From a virus (Duplodnaviria; Caudoviricetes): 64,000 nucleotides of DNA. Positions 10,314 through 19,666 of this stretch are shown here, in pieces (the first letter of the stretch is position 1; each line of letters starts with the position of its first letter). The notes beneath the pieces are model-generated. The model was not told the DNA's origin, did no database searches, and was given only the letters and a program-made list of their open reading frames with translations. A program made the translations under genes and the position numbers. The DNA is taken from the IMG/VR virus record IMGVR_UViG_3300013121_000046; one strand, given 5' to 3'.

Positions 10314-12551
10314 TTACACAGCTAAGTCAAACAGGAGTGGTGGGTTAATCCCATCCCCCATACCCGCAATACCAAAATTTCGAGTTGTGGGAGTGTTGGC
10401 CCCTTGAACATCGTGAGAGTCGGAAGTCAAAAGAATGTTATTCATTCGGAAAGACAACTCACCCACCCCACCACCTAAGGTAAATACCACGCTAGCATTA
10501 CTAGCCGTAAAACCAGAGGGGGTAGAGTTATCTCCGTATGGGTCTTCAATGGGTCCATCCCGCCATACCGTCATATTACCGTCCACAGTAATCGTGCCCT
10601 GTAAAACTGCCACCGGATTTACATCTCCGGTACAGTTATGGTGAACCAGGCCGCCAGCCACATACGAAGAAGTTTCAGAGTTATGGGGGTCATACACTTC
10701 GGCTTCCCCAAACTCATCTACCTTTTCAACCGGATCAAAGTACCACCCCAGTTGGGTGTATAGCTCTAGAAGTTGACAAGTTTTCCCTCGGGTTTTCAGG
10801 ACTTCTTGCACCCGCACGGACATACTCTCAGAGAGAGAATCTATCTTGCCTTTCCATAGGGTTCTCAGAGTCTCTATTGCGCTACGATCTCCGTTATACC
10901 CAAAATTCCAAGTGGGGCATAGGTTCTGAATCAGCCTATCCATGTACGGGATAACCACAAGATGGTCCCCAGATCGCTTAGTCTGTCGGTCTCTCCATGC
11001 CTGAGCCCGTTCGGATTTCACCGAATCGACAAATCCAATCTCCGAGAAGAATATCTCCCGAGACCTTACTCCAGCTAGAACAACTTCGTACTCTCGGAGA
11101 ATACCCCCAAAGGGGTTTCTCCGAGCCCGGTACTGGATACCTGAGAGTATTCCCACCATAGATAACAGAGACTTAACATCCTTCGCGATTTTCCGGTACT
11201 TAGTGGTAAAACTAACCACACCTCGATCCGTAGCCCCATCAGTGGTAAATAGACCACGCAAAAAGGCGCAAATCTGCTGCCTACCGGAAGTCCACAGGGC
11301 CTCTGGGACTCCAGCCATCCGCCATTTCCCCTTACTCTGAGGCTGAGGAATGTCAGAAAAATGGTCTCGACCCTTATACAGGTGTAGCCAGTAGCAGCTT
11401 TTTGTGCGATTTACTCCGCCATGCTGGCTCGGGGAACGAATACTCGTACCATAAGTTAATCCGTTAGTTTCAAAATAACTTTTTAACGGGATCAGGAGTT
11501 CTTCCTGCCCCTCAACCACCAGCCAAGACATTTCCCGCTTCCTCTGACAGCCGTCCCCGTACAAATGTCCAACAGCATACCAGTAGTTGGGGTCTTTCCC
11601 TCGATTCTCAGGGAGCATTCCCTGAGATCCCCGTTGACCGAGCAGGAAATCGCCCTTCCGTAGATCAACCGCCCGTTTCCAACCTAATGTTCCATCAGAA
11701 TTTAGTACCCGGAAACGATGGTCCACTGATACCTTAATATCATTCCCTAATTTGGTACGAACCCGGAGAATCTTTTTCTTCCCCTGAGCTACAATACCGT
11801 CAACCCTCCGAGAACCAAATTCAGTTAGAAGAGCTTGTCGAGTATCTGACAGAGATTTAATCTTCAGATACCCGTTCTCCGTCCAGACTCGGGTATCTCC
11901 GTGGACACAGCCACGAATAATTTGCGTATTATTATTTAGGTTGACTGAAGCATTCATCAACACTAAACCGGTAAGATTACTCTCACTCCAGAAGGGGGCA
12001 GAATTGGGCCAAGTAATTTCAGCCGCTGCAATCCAGCCAGCAATCGGATTGCGATTAAACGGGGCCGGGTTCAGGGGAGCCGTAGGTCTAAATCCTTGGT
12101 CCCGCAAATCCCGATAATTTCCACCTCCTACCACAACTTCCTCACGGCGTAAAGCAACGCCTGTGGCCTGAACCCCAATTAGTTGGTCGTGAGCAATAGT
12201 AAAACTAGCCTGGGATAGCCAAAGGCCATTTCGAGGATCATCTGAAGCCAAATAATCATACCGAACAATACCATTTGGTGAAATTCTAGCGCTCTTAGGA
12301 TAAACTCGCTGCTCCACACACCAATCCCTAAAGACGTTCCAAACCCCAGATTGAGCCTGTAATTCAAAGCTAATGCCACCCTCAAAATGCTGTTGAGAGT
12401 CAGCGTAGTTTGTAGTGGTAGCCGCATTATACCAACCCGCCCCCCAAACACCCGTTGATTGGAGGGGGTTAACTTGGCGATTAAGCCCCGTTGAGTTTGT
12501 GAGGAGATGATAGCCCTCAATCTCCGCATAACCCAGAAAACCAATTGGCAT
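10314..12551 (-). CDS. probable major tail tube protein containing an intein (about 320 aa after splicing)
   Basis: Exteins have tube-like motifs (ASVNLNNN, QGTITVDGNMTV, FRMNNILL); own downstream terminator; located between the neck genes and chaperones. Confidence 0.7.
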   Translation of the reverse strand: MPIGFLGYAEIEGYHLLTNSTGLNRQVNPLQSTGVWGAGWYNAATTTNYADSQQHFEGGISFELQAQSGVWNVFRDWCVEQRVYPKSARISPNGIVRYDYLASDDPRNGLWLSQASFTIAHDQLIGVQATGVALRREEVVVGGGNYRDLRDQGFRPTAPLNPAPFNRNPIAGWIAAAEITWPNSAPFWSESNLTGLVLMNASVNLNNNTQIIRGCVHGDTRVWTENGYLKIKSLSDTRQALLTEFGSRRVDGIVAQGKKKILRVRTKLGNDIKVSVDHRFRVLNSDGTLGWKRAVDLRKGDFLLGQRGSQGMLPENRGKDPNYWYAVGHLYGDGCQRKREMSWLVVEGQEELLIPLKSYFETNGLTYGTSIRSPSQHGGVNRTKSCYWLHLYKGRDHFSDIPQPQSKGKWRMAGVPEALWTSGRQQICAFLRGLFTTDGATDRGVVSFTTKYRKIAKDVKSLLSMVGILSGIQYRARRNPFGGILREYEVVLAGVRSREIFFSEIGFVDSVKSERAQAWRDRQTKRSGDHLVVIPYMDRLIQNLCPTWNFGYNGDRSAIETLRTLWKGKIDSLSESMSVRVQEVLKTRGKTCQLLELYTQLGWYFDPVEKVDEFGEAEVYDPHNSETSSYVAGGLVHHNCTGDVNPVAVLQGTITVDGNMTVWRDGPIEDPYGDNSTPSGFTASNASVVFTLGGGVGELSFRMNNILLTSDSHDVQGANTPTTRNFGIAGMGDGINPPLLFDLAV
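10635..11909 (-). mobile_element. intein with LAGLIDADG homing endonuclease (425 aa)
   Basis: Block A CVHGDTRV, block B SVDHRF, LAGLIDADG motifs VGHLYGDG and FLRGLFTTDG, block F VYD, terminal HHN followed by C+1. Confidence 0.93.
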
Positions 12552-12658
12552 TTGATCTCTCCGAACCGTAAGTTGGGATTGATTCTACAACAAATAAGAA
12601 GAACAACCCAGTACCCTAGGGTAGTGAATCATCCCTTATAACTGTCCCTAATAAACTA

Positions 12659-13315
12659 TTATAAGGGAGGTCCCTCTATCGGCTCTTTTGTCAATTCCGT
12701 AAAATGGCTATCCATCTGTGAGTACCAGGGAGCCACGGCCTCCTCTAGAATCCAAAGAATTTGCTCCGCGTGGTGTTGCCCAGCCGTATTTTGGTCTCGA
12801 ACCATGCCATCCTGAACGGCTTTCACTGAAGCATTAAGCCTCTTTAAGACTGAATGAAAATCAGTCAAAGCCTCATCCAAACTTTGAATCCCCTCTTCTT
12901 TTGGCTCTATTTCCGCTATCCGTAACAATGGGGGTTCGGCAGAAGAAACTCTTAAATCTGGGTCTTGATTAGTATCTAAGTCTGGGTCAGGCAATGCCTT
13001 AGGTTTTCTCAAGTCATACCTAGGTGGCAAGATATGCGGCTCTGAGAAGTTCTGTCCATCCACCTGATTCTCGTACTTTCGTCTAGAATCCGGAGCAATA
13101 TCCGGATCCTGACCATAGGCTCTCCTTAATTTCTCTTTTCTTAGGGCCTTACGCTCCTCATCTGAGGGCGGGGGATAGGCAAAGATTCCGGGAATATCCA
13201 TATCTTGAGGGATATCTAAGCTACTCTGTGTCTTTTTAGCTCTTTTCTTCCCTTTGGACTGAGCTAAAGACTTGTCGTGATTTTCACTGTACAAACTTTT
13301 ATTGAATTTGGGCAT
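12659..13315 (-). CDS. hypothetical protein
   Basis: 218-aa ORF with disordered N-terminus and helical C-terminus. Confidence 0.65.
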   Translation of the reverse strand: MPKFNKSLYSENHDKSLAQSKGKKRAKKTQSSLDIPQDMDIPGIFAYPPPSDEERKALRKEKLRRAYGQDPDIAPDSRRKYENQVDGQNFSEPHILPPRYDLRKPKALPDPDLDTNQDPDLRVSSAEPPLLRIAEIEPKEEGIQSLDEALTDFHSVLKRLNASVKAVQDGMVRDQNTAGQHHAEQILWILEEAVAPWYSQMDSHFTELTKEPIEGPPL

Positions 13316-13334
13316 GGTCGGTGCTCAAAGTTAG

Positions 13335-13679
13335 TTAAGGTAAATACCCGAAAAAAGAAACATTAACTTTCACATCTGAACCACCCACCCGAATTAGTTT
13401 CATGCCCAAAATAAAATCCCTCAAATCCTGCTCTGAAGATACTCCTAAGCTTCCTAAAAGCAGATCACCATTAAGATTCATTCCTATCGAAGCTGAGGGA
13501 GTCGTGCCGTCCACCGTATACCGAACAGCAGCTTCAGCATACATTAATAATCTACGAATACTGATATCAGTAGTAATATTCAGAGCATTTGACGTAGCTG
13601 TCATTGTCAACGCAGCTAAGGTCGCTGCCGCGTTAGTGACCGTTATCTGAGCAAACCCTTTCGGAACTAAAGCGAGCAT
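13335..13679 (-). CDS. small beta-rich virion-associated protein
   Basis: VRYTVDGTTPSASIGM motif common in small phage structural proteins. Confidence 0.5.
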   Translation of the reverse strand: MLALVPKGFAQITVTNAAATLAALTMTATSNALNITTDISIRRLLMYAEAAVRYTVDGTTPSASIGMNLNGDLLLGSLGVSSEQDLRDFILGMKLIRVGGSDVKVNVSFFGYLP

Positions 13680-13700
13680 ATGAACTATCCTAGCATAGCC

Positions 13701-14627
13701 TTAGGCTGAGTAGGCACTAAAAGTACTAACTATTTCCTCTACCTGTTCCTCTGTAGTTAGTACCTGCAAAGGAACTCCCAAAGTGCAGGAATGTACTGCC
13801 TTAGCCCTAGGGAAATTCTCCTTAGGAGAACCTATCCAATAACATGGGATACCGGGAAAAGAGTACGGGGATATATTGCAGTTAAACCTAACAGCGAAAA
13901 CAGAGGTCAACATTTTACCTTGACAATAGCTAACAGGACTGTCAATCAAACCCACCTTTTCAAACACCTTCTCTAAAAACATTTCCCGTAACTCTTGCAA
14001 AGTACTGATAAAAGACTCAAAATTAGTTAACGTAGCCAGTATCGCACAGGCCCCAAATTCCGACATAGGTCTCCCAATCGTCCCAGTAGCGACTAGCCGT
14101 CTACAGACCTTTGCAAATACTCGATCACAAATTAGTGCCCCACCACCTGAAATTCCCCAGGGTCTGTGAGACTCAAAGCTAACGGTACTAGCCAAACCAA
14201 AATTATAGATAACCTGGTCTTGATATTCAGCGTAAAAAATATCACCCAAATCCAAGACGAGTTTTTCCGTTAGGCTTGAATACTGAGTGATATCCGGGAC
14301 ATTACCGCCATAACTAGAGACAATTAAACCCGAGAAATCCGCTGGCAAAAATAACGGATCGAGGTAGCCATTGTGGTCAACGTCACTTGGAGTTATCCCG
14401 GGATACTGTCTCGCTAAAGCCGAATTTACCCAAGGACCTGGAACTACTTCTCGGAGTAGCTGTACTGGCGTGTAATCACTGTCTGTGAGAAGTATTTCCT
14501 TATCCGAATCTAACCCCCAAAACTCTCGTAGGAACCCAGATAGATAGGGTACAGCCCCTCCTGTGAATGTTTGTAAGGACACATGGGGGATAAGCTCCTG
14601 TAGCAAATTTGAATCCCAGTCCTGCAT
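13701..14627 (-). CDS. DegT/DnrJ/EryC1/StrS aminotransferase-like protein, probably degenerate
   Basis: DVD, YGG, SFESHRPWGISGGGALI (canonical SF-x3-K...GG), MSE..A and C-terminal FP.A....TLGVP motifs. Confidence 0.7.
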   Translation of the reverse strand: MQDWDSNLLQELIPHVSLQTFTGGAVPYLSGFLREFWGLDSDKEILLTDSDYTPVQLLREVVPGPWVNSALARQYPGITPSDVDHNGYLDPLFLPADFSGLIVSSYGGNVPDITQYSSLTEKLVLDLGDIFYAEYQDQVIYNFGLASTVSFESHRPWGISGGGALICDRVFAKVCRRLVATGTIGRPMSEFGACAILATLTNFESFISTLQELREMFLEKVFEKVGLIDSPVSYCQGKMLTSVFAVRFNCNISPYSFPGIPCYWIGSPKENFPRAKAVHSCTLGVPLQVLTTEEQVEEIVSTFSAYSA

Positions 14628-14635
14628 AAAAATCC

Positions 14636-17578
14636 TTATGCCGTAATAGTTCTCTCCACTATCTGACTCACAACTAGAGAGTCTCCAGACTCACCTCCGG
14701 AAGTCAGTTCAATATCATTAACTTGGAAATACTCATCCACCTCGTATAGGGTCCACCCAATAAGAGAAGAAGCCCCTGAAGTAGAAGTCAAAGCCACATA
14801 TCTGTAATACCTAAAGGGCAGAGGGTTAGAAACATAAAACTTATTCTCCACCTCCGCCTCTAAAGACCCCCCCATGTTCTCTCGAACATCCAATACTCGC
14901 CAATTTGAACCATCTAAGCTACCTTCCACTCGCCAATCTGCAAAATCATCTGTAGTTGGAGTATCAGATGCTTGAATACCGTATGCCCCTATTTTTACCA
15001 ATACATCTTCACCAAAATCAATCCGTACCCACTGTGAAGTTGTGTTAGTTGGCTGAGGGGAGGGCGTCCATTGGGTGGCCGCGTCCCCATCAAACACCTT
15101 CCACCCTATGTTACTCCCAGAAGCAGGTGTGGACTGAGTAACAGTCATATCCCCGTTTGTAGCTGCGGAAAAAACTGGTACATAATTATCTTCTATGACT
15201 AAGTTTCTAGTCAATTCCAAAGATTCATCTTCAACCGTAAAATTAACCGTCCTAGTCGTAGTATCACTTCTGTATGTGGTTAAAGCGTAAACACTCTCTC
15301 GTTGAGTCTCTGGCCCTGTACCCCCTCTCAAATACAGGGCGGGAGTACCATAAGACACTACAGTATCGGCATCACCTAACGCAGTGGCCACCAACTGCCC
15401 CGCATAGGGACCGGTGCCCAGTAAATCAACTATCTCTTGTACCGTCGTAACTCTAGGATTAGTCGAAGTTCCCTCTAGAGTAATCGTGTAGGTGTAATTA
15501 GGGGAAACCCCAGAACGAGAAAGAGCTAAGGTATCGGTAGAATTGGAATCGTATAACCGCACTTGAATATTATTAGAATCAGTGCCCCCAATCCCAGTAG
15601 CCTCTGTGTCAGCCTCAATCCTAATTCCAGCCCCCGATATTCTGGCTGCAAGATATGTTCTACCCATAACAGATACAGAATCTGCTCCCGTCCCCCCCAC
15701 TACCGGGGTTTGAAGTAAGGGAGGGGTTTCAGCAAGAGATGCCGCATCAATAGCTGCTGCTACTAGGGTAGCTGTATTTGATCCAGAAATAAGACTCGTA
15801 CCATTATGAGCAAGTGTGACAATAATTCTATAAGCCGTAGTTACACTGACCGTAAGAGCAGAAGCTGAACCGGGATTTACATACTCTATAGAAATCTTCT
15901 CCCCAGCACGCCCATCATAGTCCGGAGAATACGCTGTGAAAGTGATTTCACTATTTCCAGAGCCCGTAACTAAAGTAGCCGAAGGAGTAATAGGATAGAT
16001 ATCTAAGCCGGCTCCCCGATTTGAGGGTGTATACTCCACAGACAATCTCTGGGCAGCATAATTAGTATTGCTAGTTGGCCCATCTCCGGCCCCTAGCTGA
16101 GTACCTGGGGTATACGCCACAGTCCTGGCACTAACTAAATTTATAGCGGACCCGGAAGACTGCTCATAAACTATACCAGTCCCCGTTTGACTTCCCCCAA
16201 AAGCCACAGTAGCCCAACTCTTGGCTACCGCATCAGCATCCCAAAGGGTCTTGATGTCGGCTGCTGTGGACACAATATCCCCAGAACCATCTGTTTCTAG
16301 CGAGACTGTAATTTCCGGTAGATAGTCATCTACTGTGATTGTGAGGGGTTCATTCGAGCCTCCCGGATCAACAAAAGCAATTGTTGTATCCGCCCCTTTT
16401 CTTCCGTAGATAGCCGAAGTAAATACCAACCAGTTATCCGCATAGGAGACACTACTACCCAGAGATAGGGTCACTACCTCCCAGGCTGAGAGTACACCGG
16501 TTCCGGATGTAGTGACCTGGATTAGACTACTGGCATCTAAGTCGGCCTCAATAGCAGCCTTCACCGCAGCAGGGGTGGCATTTGGTGAACCTCCCCCATT
16601 TGTACCTAAACTCAGGGTAATGTCACTTCCGGAAACACTTGAGACCTCCGTAGGTTGACTATTACCCACTGCCTGTTCAGCAACTATTGTGATTTGGGTA
16701 CCACCAGAGCCATATTGTTTTGCAATCAAATTGACGATGTTTGTAGTTTGAGCAATACGTGCGGTAGCAAACTTCAAATCTAGAACCGCACGGTCACTCC
16801 CAGATACTGTCACTTCACCCGTAGCCAAGGTGACAGTATCTGGCCTAAAAACTAAAGCAGCATCCAAGTGATTTCCGTATATCTTGTTAAAAACCACATC
16901 AAAATCTCGATGAACTTTCAGACTGTTCTCTAACAGGTAACCAGAAAGTAGACCAGTTTGACCAACAGCAGCAAAATAATTTGTCAATCCCGCTAAGAAA
17001 CCTCCCCAATAAGGGACTAACTCAAAGAACCGATCTGCTGTAATATTAGCATCCAACAGGGAAGCTGCTGTGGTGAGTTGCGCCACCACATCGGCATCCG
17101 CAGTACCCACAACCATCGCTGTGTAATCACCGTTTATGCCACCCGTAAGTAGGGTTGTAGGGGCAGTCACACTGACTACGGAGCTACCATTACTGGTCTC
17201 AGGTAAACTGGCTACCACCACCTGCTGACAAGCACAATCGGCATTGACTAAAGCCAGAATATCGTTAGCTGTGGAAGTAATAACCGCAGAACCATTCGTT
17301 GCCAGAGTCACATAAATAAGTTTCCCCGACCCCTCCAGAGTATTTAACACATCGACAGCTAGTGTGGCACTCGCACCTGGACTATGGAATTGAACCTGAA
17401 TTAGATTTCCAGGGGTTCCTGTGTTAACTGCGGTGAAGGTTATTCCGGCATTACTAGAACCAATCGTGGCCTCAGCCGCTTCGGCTGCCGGAGCCATCTG
17501 AGCCTGAAGTTCAGTAATAATTCCATATTGATAGGCAATGCGATCTAACAGTCTCTGTAGAACTTCTTTTTCAATCAT
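14636..17578 (-). CDS. large virion structural protein with repeated beta-sandwich inserts and a discoidin (F5/8 type C)-like domain
   Basis: About five repeats of I/L-x-F-T-A...G..G..I.V; C-terminal WKVFDG..T.W...WVRIDFG...WRVEGSLDGSNW..LD...FRYYR discoidin signature. Confidence 0.7.
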   Translation of the reverse strand: MIEKEVLQRLLDRIAYQYGIITELQAQMAPAAEAAEATIGSSNAGITFTAVNTGTPGNLIQVQFHSPGASATLAVDVLNTLEGSGKLIYVTLATNGSAVITSTANDILALVNADCACQQVVVASLPETSNGSSVVSVTAPTTLLTGGINGDYTAMVVGTADADVVAQLTTAASLLDANITADRFFELVPYWGGFLAGLTNYFAAVGQTGLLSGYLLENSLKVHRDFDVVFNKIYGNHLDAALVFRPDTVTLATGEVTVSGSDRAVLDLKFATARIAQTTNIVNLIAKQYGSGGTQITIVAEQAVGNSQPTEVSSVSGSDITLSLGTNGGGSPNATPAAVKAAIEADLDASSLIQVTTSGTGVLSAWEVVTLSLGSSVSYADNWLVFTSAIYGRKGADTTIAFVDPGGSNEPLTITVDDYLPEITVSLETDGSGDIVSTAADIKTLWDADAVAKSWATVAFGGSQTGTGIVYEQSSGSAINLVSARTVAYTPGTQLGAGDGPTSNTNYAAQRLSVEYTPSNRGAGLDIYPITPSATLVTGSGNSEITFTAYSPDYDGRAGEKISIEYVNPGSASALTVSVTTAYRIIVTLAHNGTSLISGSNTATLVAAAIDAASLAETPPLLQTPVVGGTGADSVSVMGRTYLAARISGAGIRIEADTEATGIGGTDSNNIQVRLYDSNSTDTLALSRSGVSPNYTYTITLEGTSTNPRVTTVQEIVDLLGTGPYAGQLVATALGDADTVVSYGTPALYLRGGTGPETQRESVYALTTYRSDTTTRTVNFTVEDESLELTRNLVIEDNYVPVFSAATNGDMTVTQSTPASGSNIGWKVFDGDAATQWTPSPQPTNTTSQWVRIDFGEDVLVKIGAYGIQASDTPTTDDFADWRVEGSLDGSNWRVLDVRENMGGSLEAEVENKFYVSNPLPFRYYRYVALTSTSGASSLIGWTLYEVDEYFQVNDIELTSGGESGDSLVVSQIVERTITA

Positions 17579-17581
17579 TGT

Positions 17582-18100
17582 CTACCAATCTGTCCCAATT
17601 CTTAGGGGCTCAGAAAACATCTCATCGCTTAGATATGTCAAGATATTTCCAGTCCAGGAGACTGTAGCTACTCGCATTCTGCCATTGTCCGCCGTCCCGT
17701 AAGTCACTCCTTCAGGAAGACTGTCCTGCAAAGAACGATACCCTCTAACCAAGCCGGCTCGAAGCGCAGGAGGAGCAGCTAAAATTTGAGTAACTAGAGT
17801 GACTAATCGAGATTCTAACCGGACAGCTTGTTCTGGATGACCATTATCCGTAGTGATATCTATCTCGATTCGAGGATTATTCTCTTGCACCCGACAAAAA
17901 GCCCATTTTACACTGTCACCTACCGGTGTTACTTCAATTGAAGGCAAACTGGAAGCCGGAATACTCGGCCGTCTTCCCACAAAAATATTCAATCTCCTGT
18001 TCTCAAAATATGTATCAATGATTGTGTCAAAAACTGGTCGTTGATACTCAATGAAGGTTATGATAGTATCAACGACCTTATCTATTTCAACGAGGGCCAT
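17582..18100 (-). CDS. putative tail terminator / tail completion protein
   Basis: 172 aa with LPSIEVTP motif; position after head-tail adaptors. Confidence 0.55.
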   Translation of the reverse strand: MALVEIDKVVDTIITFIEYQRPVFDTIIDTYFENRRLNIFVGRRPSIPASSLPSIEVTPVGDSVKWAFCRVQENNPRIEIDITTDNGHPEQAVRLESRLVTLVTQILAAPPALRAGLVRGYRSLQDSLPEGVTYGTADNGRMRVATVSWTGNILTYLSDEMFSEPLRIGTDW

Positions 18101-18109
18101 AAAAAAACC

Positions 18110-18628
18110 CTATCCCCTACGGAAATTAAACTTATCCGGCTCTTCCATAGGCGCAATATTTGGTGGAGCAAAGGGATTAGGATTTCTTCTTCTCCCCGCT
18201 CCCACCAAGGTTGTGGCTTTAGATCGAAAAACCTTTAGGTGCTCCCAAGATAACTCTTCTGCCCAACTTGACGCCTCAGACTTATTAGGGGCATTCTCAA
18301 AAAATTCACTACCTAAAATTCTCGCAACTGCATGATATAAGATCGCCTGAATAAAATCCGCAGGGTAATTTCTATATGTCAGGTTGTCCACATCCAAAGC
18401 GGTTGTTTGACCCAATGCTTTAATGGGCTTCAGAGGAGTTGCTACCCATAAATCTACCTGAGAATCTGCCCAATCCTCAGATTCTTGCACATACATAGGA
18501 ACATCCATACTGGTGGACATTCTATCAGAGATACCAGCCCCCAATTGTAAACTTAAGGCGGTCTTCTTAAGAAGAGCCCGTGTAACTGCATATCGACTTC
18601 CAGATACTACATCAGTATCTAACGGCAT
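18110..18628 (-). CDS. putative head-tail adaptor
   Basis: Helical protein with YP..FIQAILYHAVA pattern as in gp6/gp15/gp36-like adaptors. Confidence 0.5.
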   Translation of the reverse strand: MPLDTDVVSGSRYAVTRALLKKTALSLQLGAGISDRMSTSMDVPMYVQESEDWADSQVDLWVATPLKPIKALGQTTALDVDNLTYRNYPADFIQAILYHAVARILGSEFFENAPNKSEASSWAEELSWEHLKVFRSKATTLVGAGRRRNPNPFAPPNIAPMEEPDKFNFRRG

Positions 18629-18631
18629 AAA

Positions 18632-18985
18632 CTAGTGTCCGGTTATTCTACGATATTCATCCAATACAGAATCTTCCAAGTACTTCCTAAATTCGGGGTT
18701 AATCGGGTGTGCTAGATCCGAGTATATCCGATTATCTGTAATATCAAAGTCTAATTCATGACCACAGCGAGCACAAAAACTGGCTGACAGAGGGTTCTTC
18801 TCTCCGCAAGAACACCTTCCAGTCAGTTTCTTTGACGGCATCCCTAAAAACCATTTACCATTAAGATTCATTAACTTTATATCTTTAATAGCTAATGAAT
18901 CATCCAAAACCATCCTAACGTATGCTTTGAGCCCCGAAGAATATCCTTCTTCAACCGGGGACACAACTAATTCGGTTATCTGCAT
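18632..18985 (-). CDS. spoVG: SpoVG family nucleic-acid-binding protein with zinc-ribbon insertion
   Basis: MQITE, LKAY...LDD.LAIKDIKL, FLGMPSKK and YSDLAHPIN motifs; inserted CSC..CARC. Confidence 0.9.
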   Translation of the reverse strand: MQITELVVSPVEEGYSSGLKAYVRMVLDDSLAIKDIKLMNLNGKWFLGMPSKKLTGRCSCGEKNPLSASFCARCGHELDFDITDNRIYSDLAHPINPEFRKYLEDSVLDEYRRITGH

Positions 18986-19075
18986 CGACGTAGCTCTAGA
19001 GTAGTTTAGAATGATTAGAACAATTACAACTTAACTATAGGTACTGAGGACTTCACCCCAAGGGGTAAATATAGA

Positions 19076-19666
19076 TTACTCTGATTTCTTACTAACCTCA
19101 ACAGCAGACCACTGCTCTTTAATCCCAGCTAACTTTCTTATCGCATTCTCCAAACAATCATGCACAGCATCAAAAGAATCTACCCAAGGTCGATACCCCT
19201 CATTTTCCTCTCTAGCTCGGTACATTTTGACTTCTACTGCCAAACGACCTAACTGATAGATAACATTTCTTAAACCTTTAACAGCCTCCTCATTCCGAAT
19301 TGGGGCTGTCTCCAAATCCGCTTCTTCAATTGGTATCTCTACCGAATCTTCGGAGAGGTCATCATTAGTACCCTCTTCAGGAAAATCCTCGCTAGACATG
19401 CCCTCAATAAAAATGAAATCCCCCACCTCAGAATCTTCCATCTCCCCAGAATCTAAAGAGTCAAGAGTCTCGGGCAAATCATCTGAAACTAATATAAGTT
19501 CCTGAGAATCCGTATCTTCGGAATTAAACATATCCAAAATGCTCTGAGGAAAATCCTTAGGGATAGTCAACTCTTCCGCAGTTGGATTTTTCTCCTCAAT
19601 GAACTCTAAAGTATCCTCCGGAGAATCCTTTTGGGGAACTAACTCTCTATCATTGAAGTTTGGCAT
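19076..19666 (-). CDS. acidic hypothetical protein
   Basis: 196 aa, Asp/Glu-rich N-terminus and helical C-terminus; start overlaps the upstream stop. Confidence 0.65.
   Translation of the reverse strand: MPNFNDRELVPQKDSPEDTLEFIEEKNPTAEELTIPKDFPQSILDMFNSEDTDSQELILVSDDLPETLDSLDSGEMEDSEVGDFIFIEGMSSEDFPEEGTNDDLSEDSVEIPIEEADLETAPIRNEEAVKGLRNVIYQLGRLAVEVKMYRAREENEGYRPWVDSFDAVHDCLENAIRKLAGIKEQWSAVEVSKKSE

Noticed and set aside
14636-17578. Contractile tail sheath protein
   Set aside because: It has sheath-insert-like repeats but no recognisable conserved sheath C-terminal domain; its core matches 30905..31939 instead
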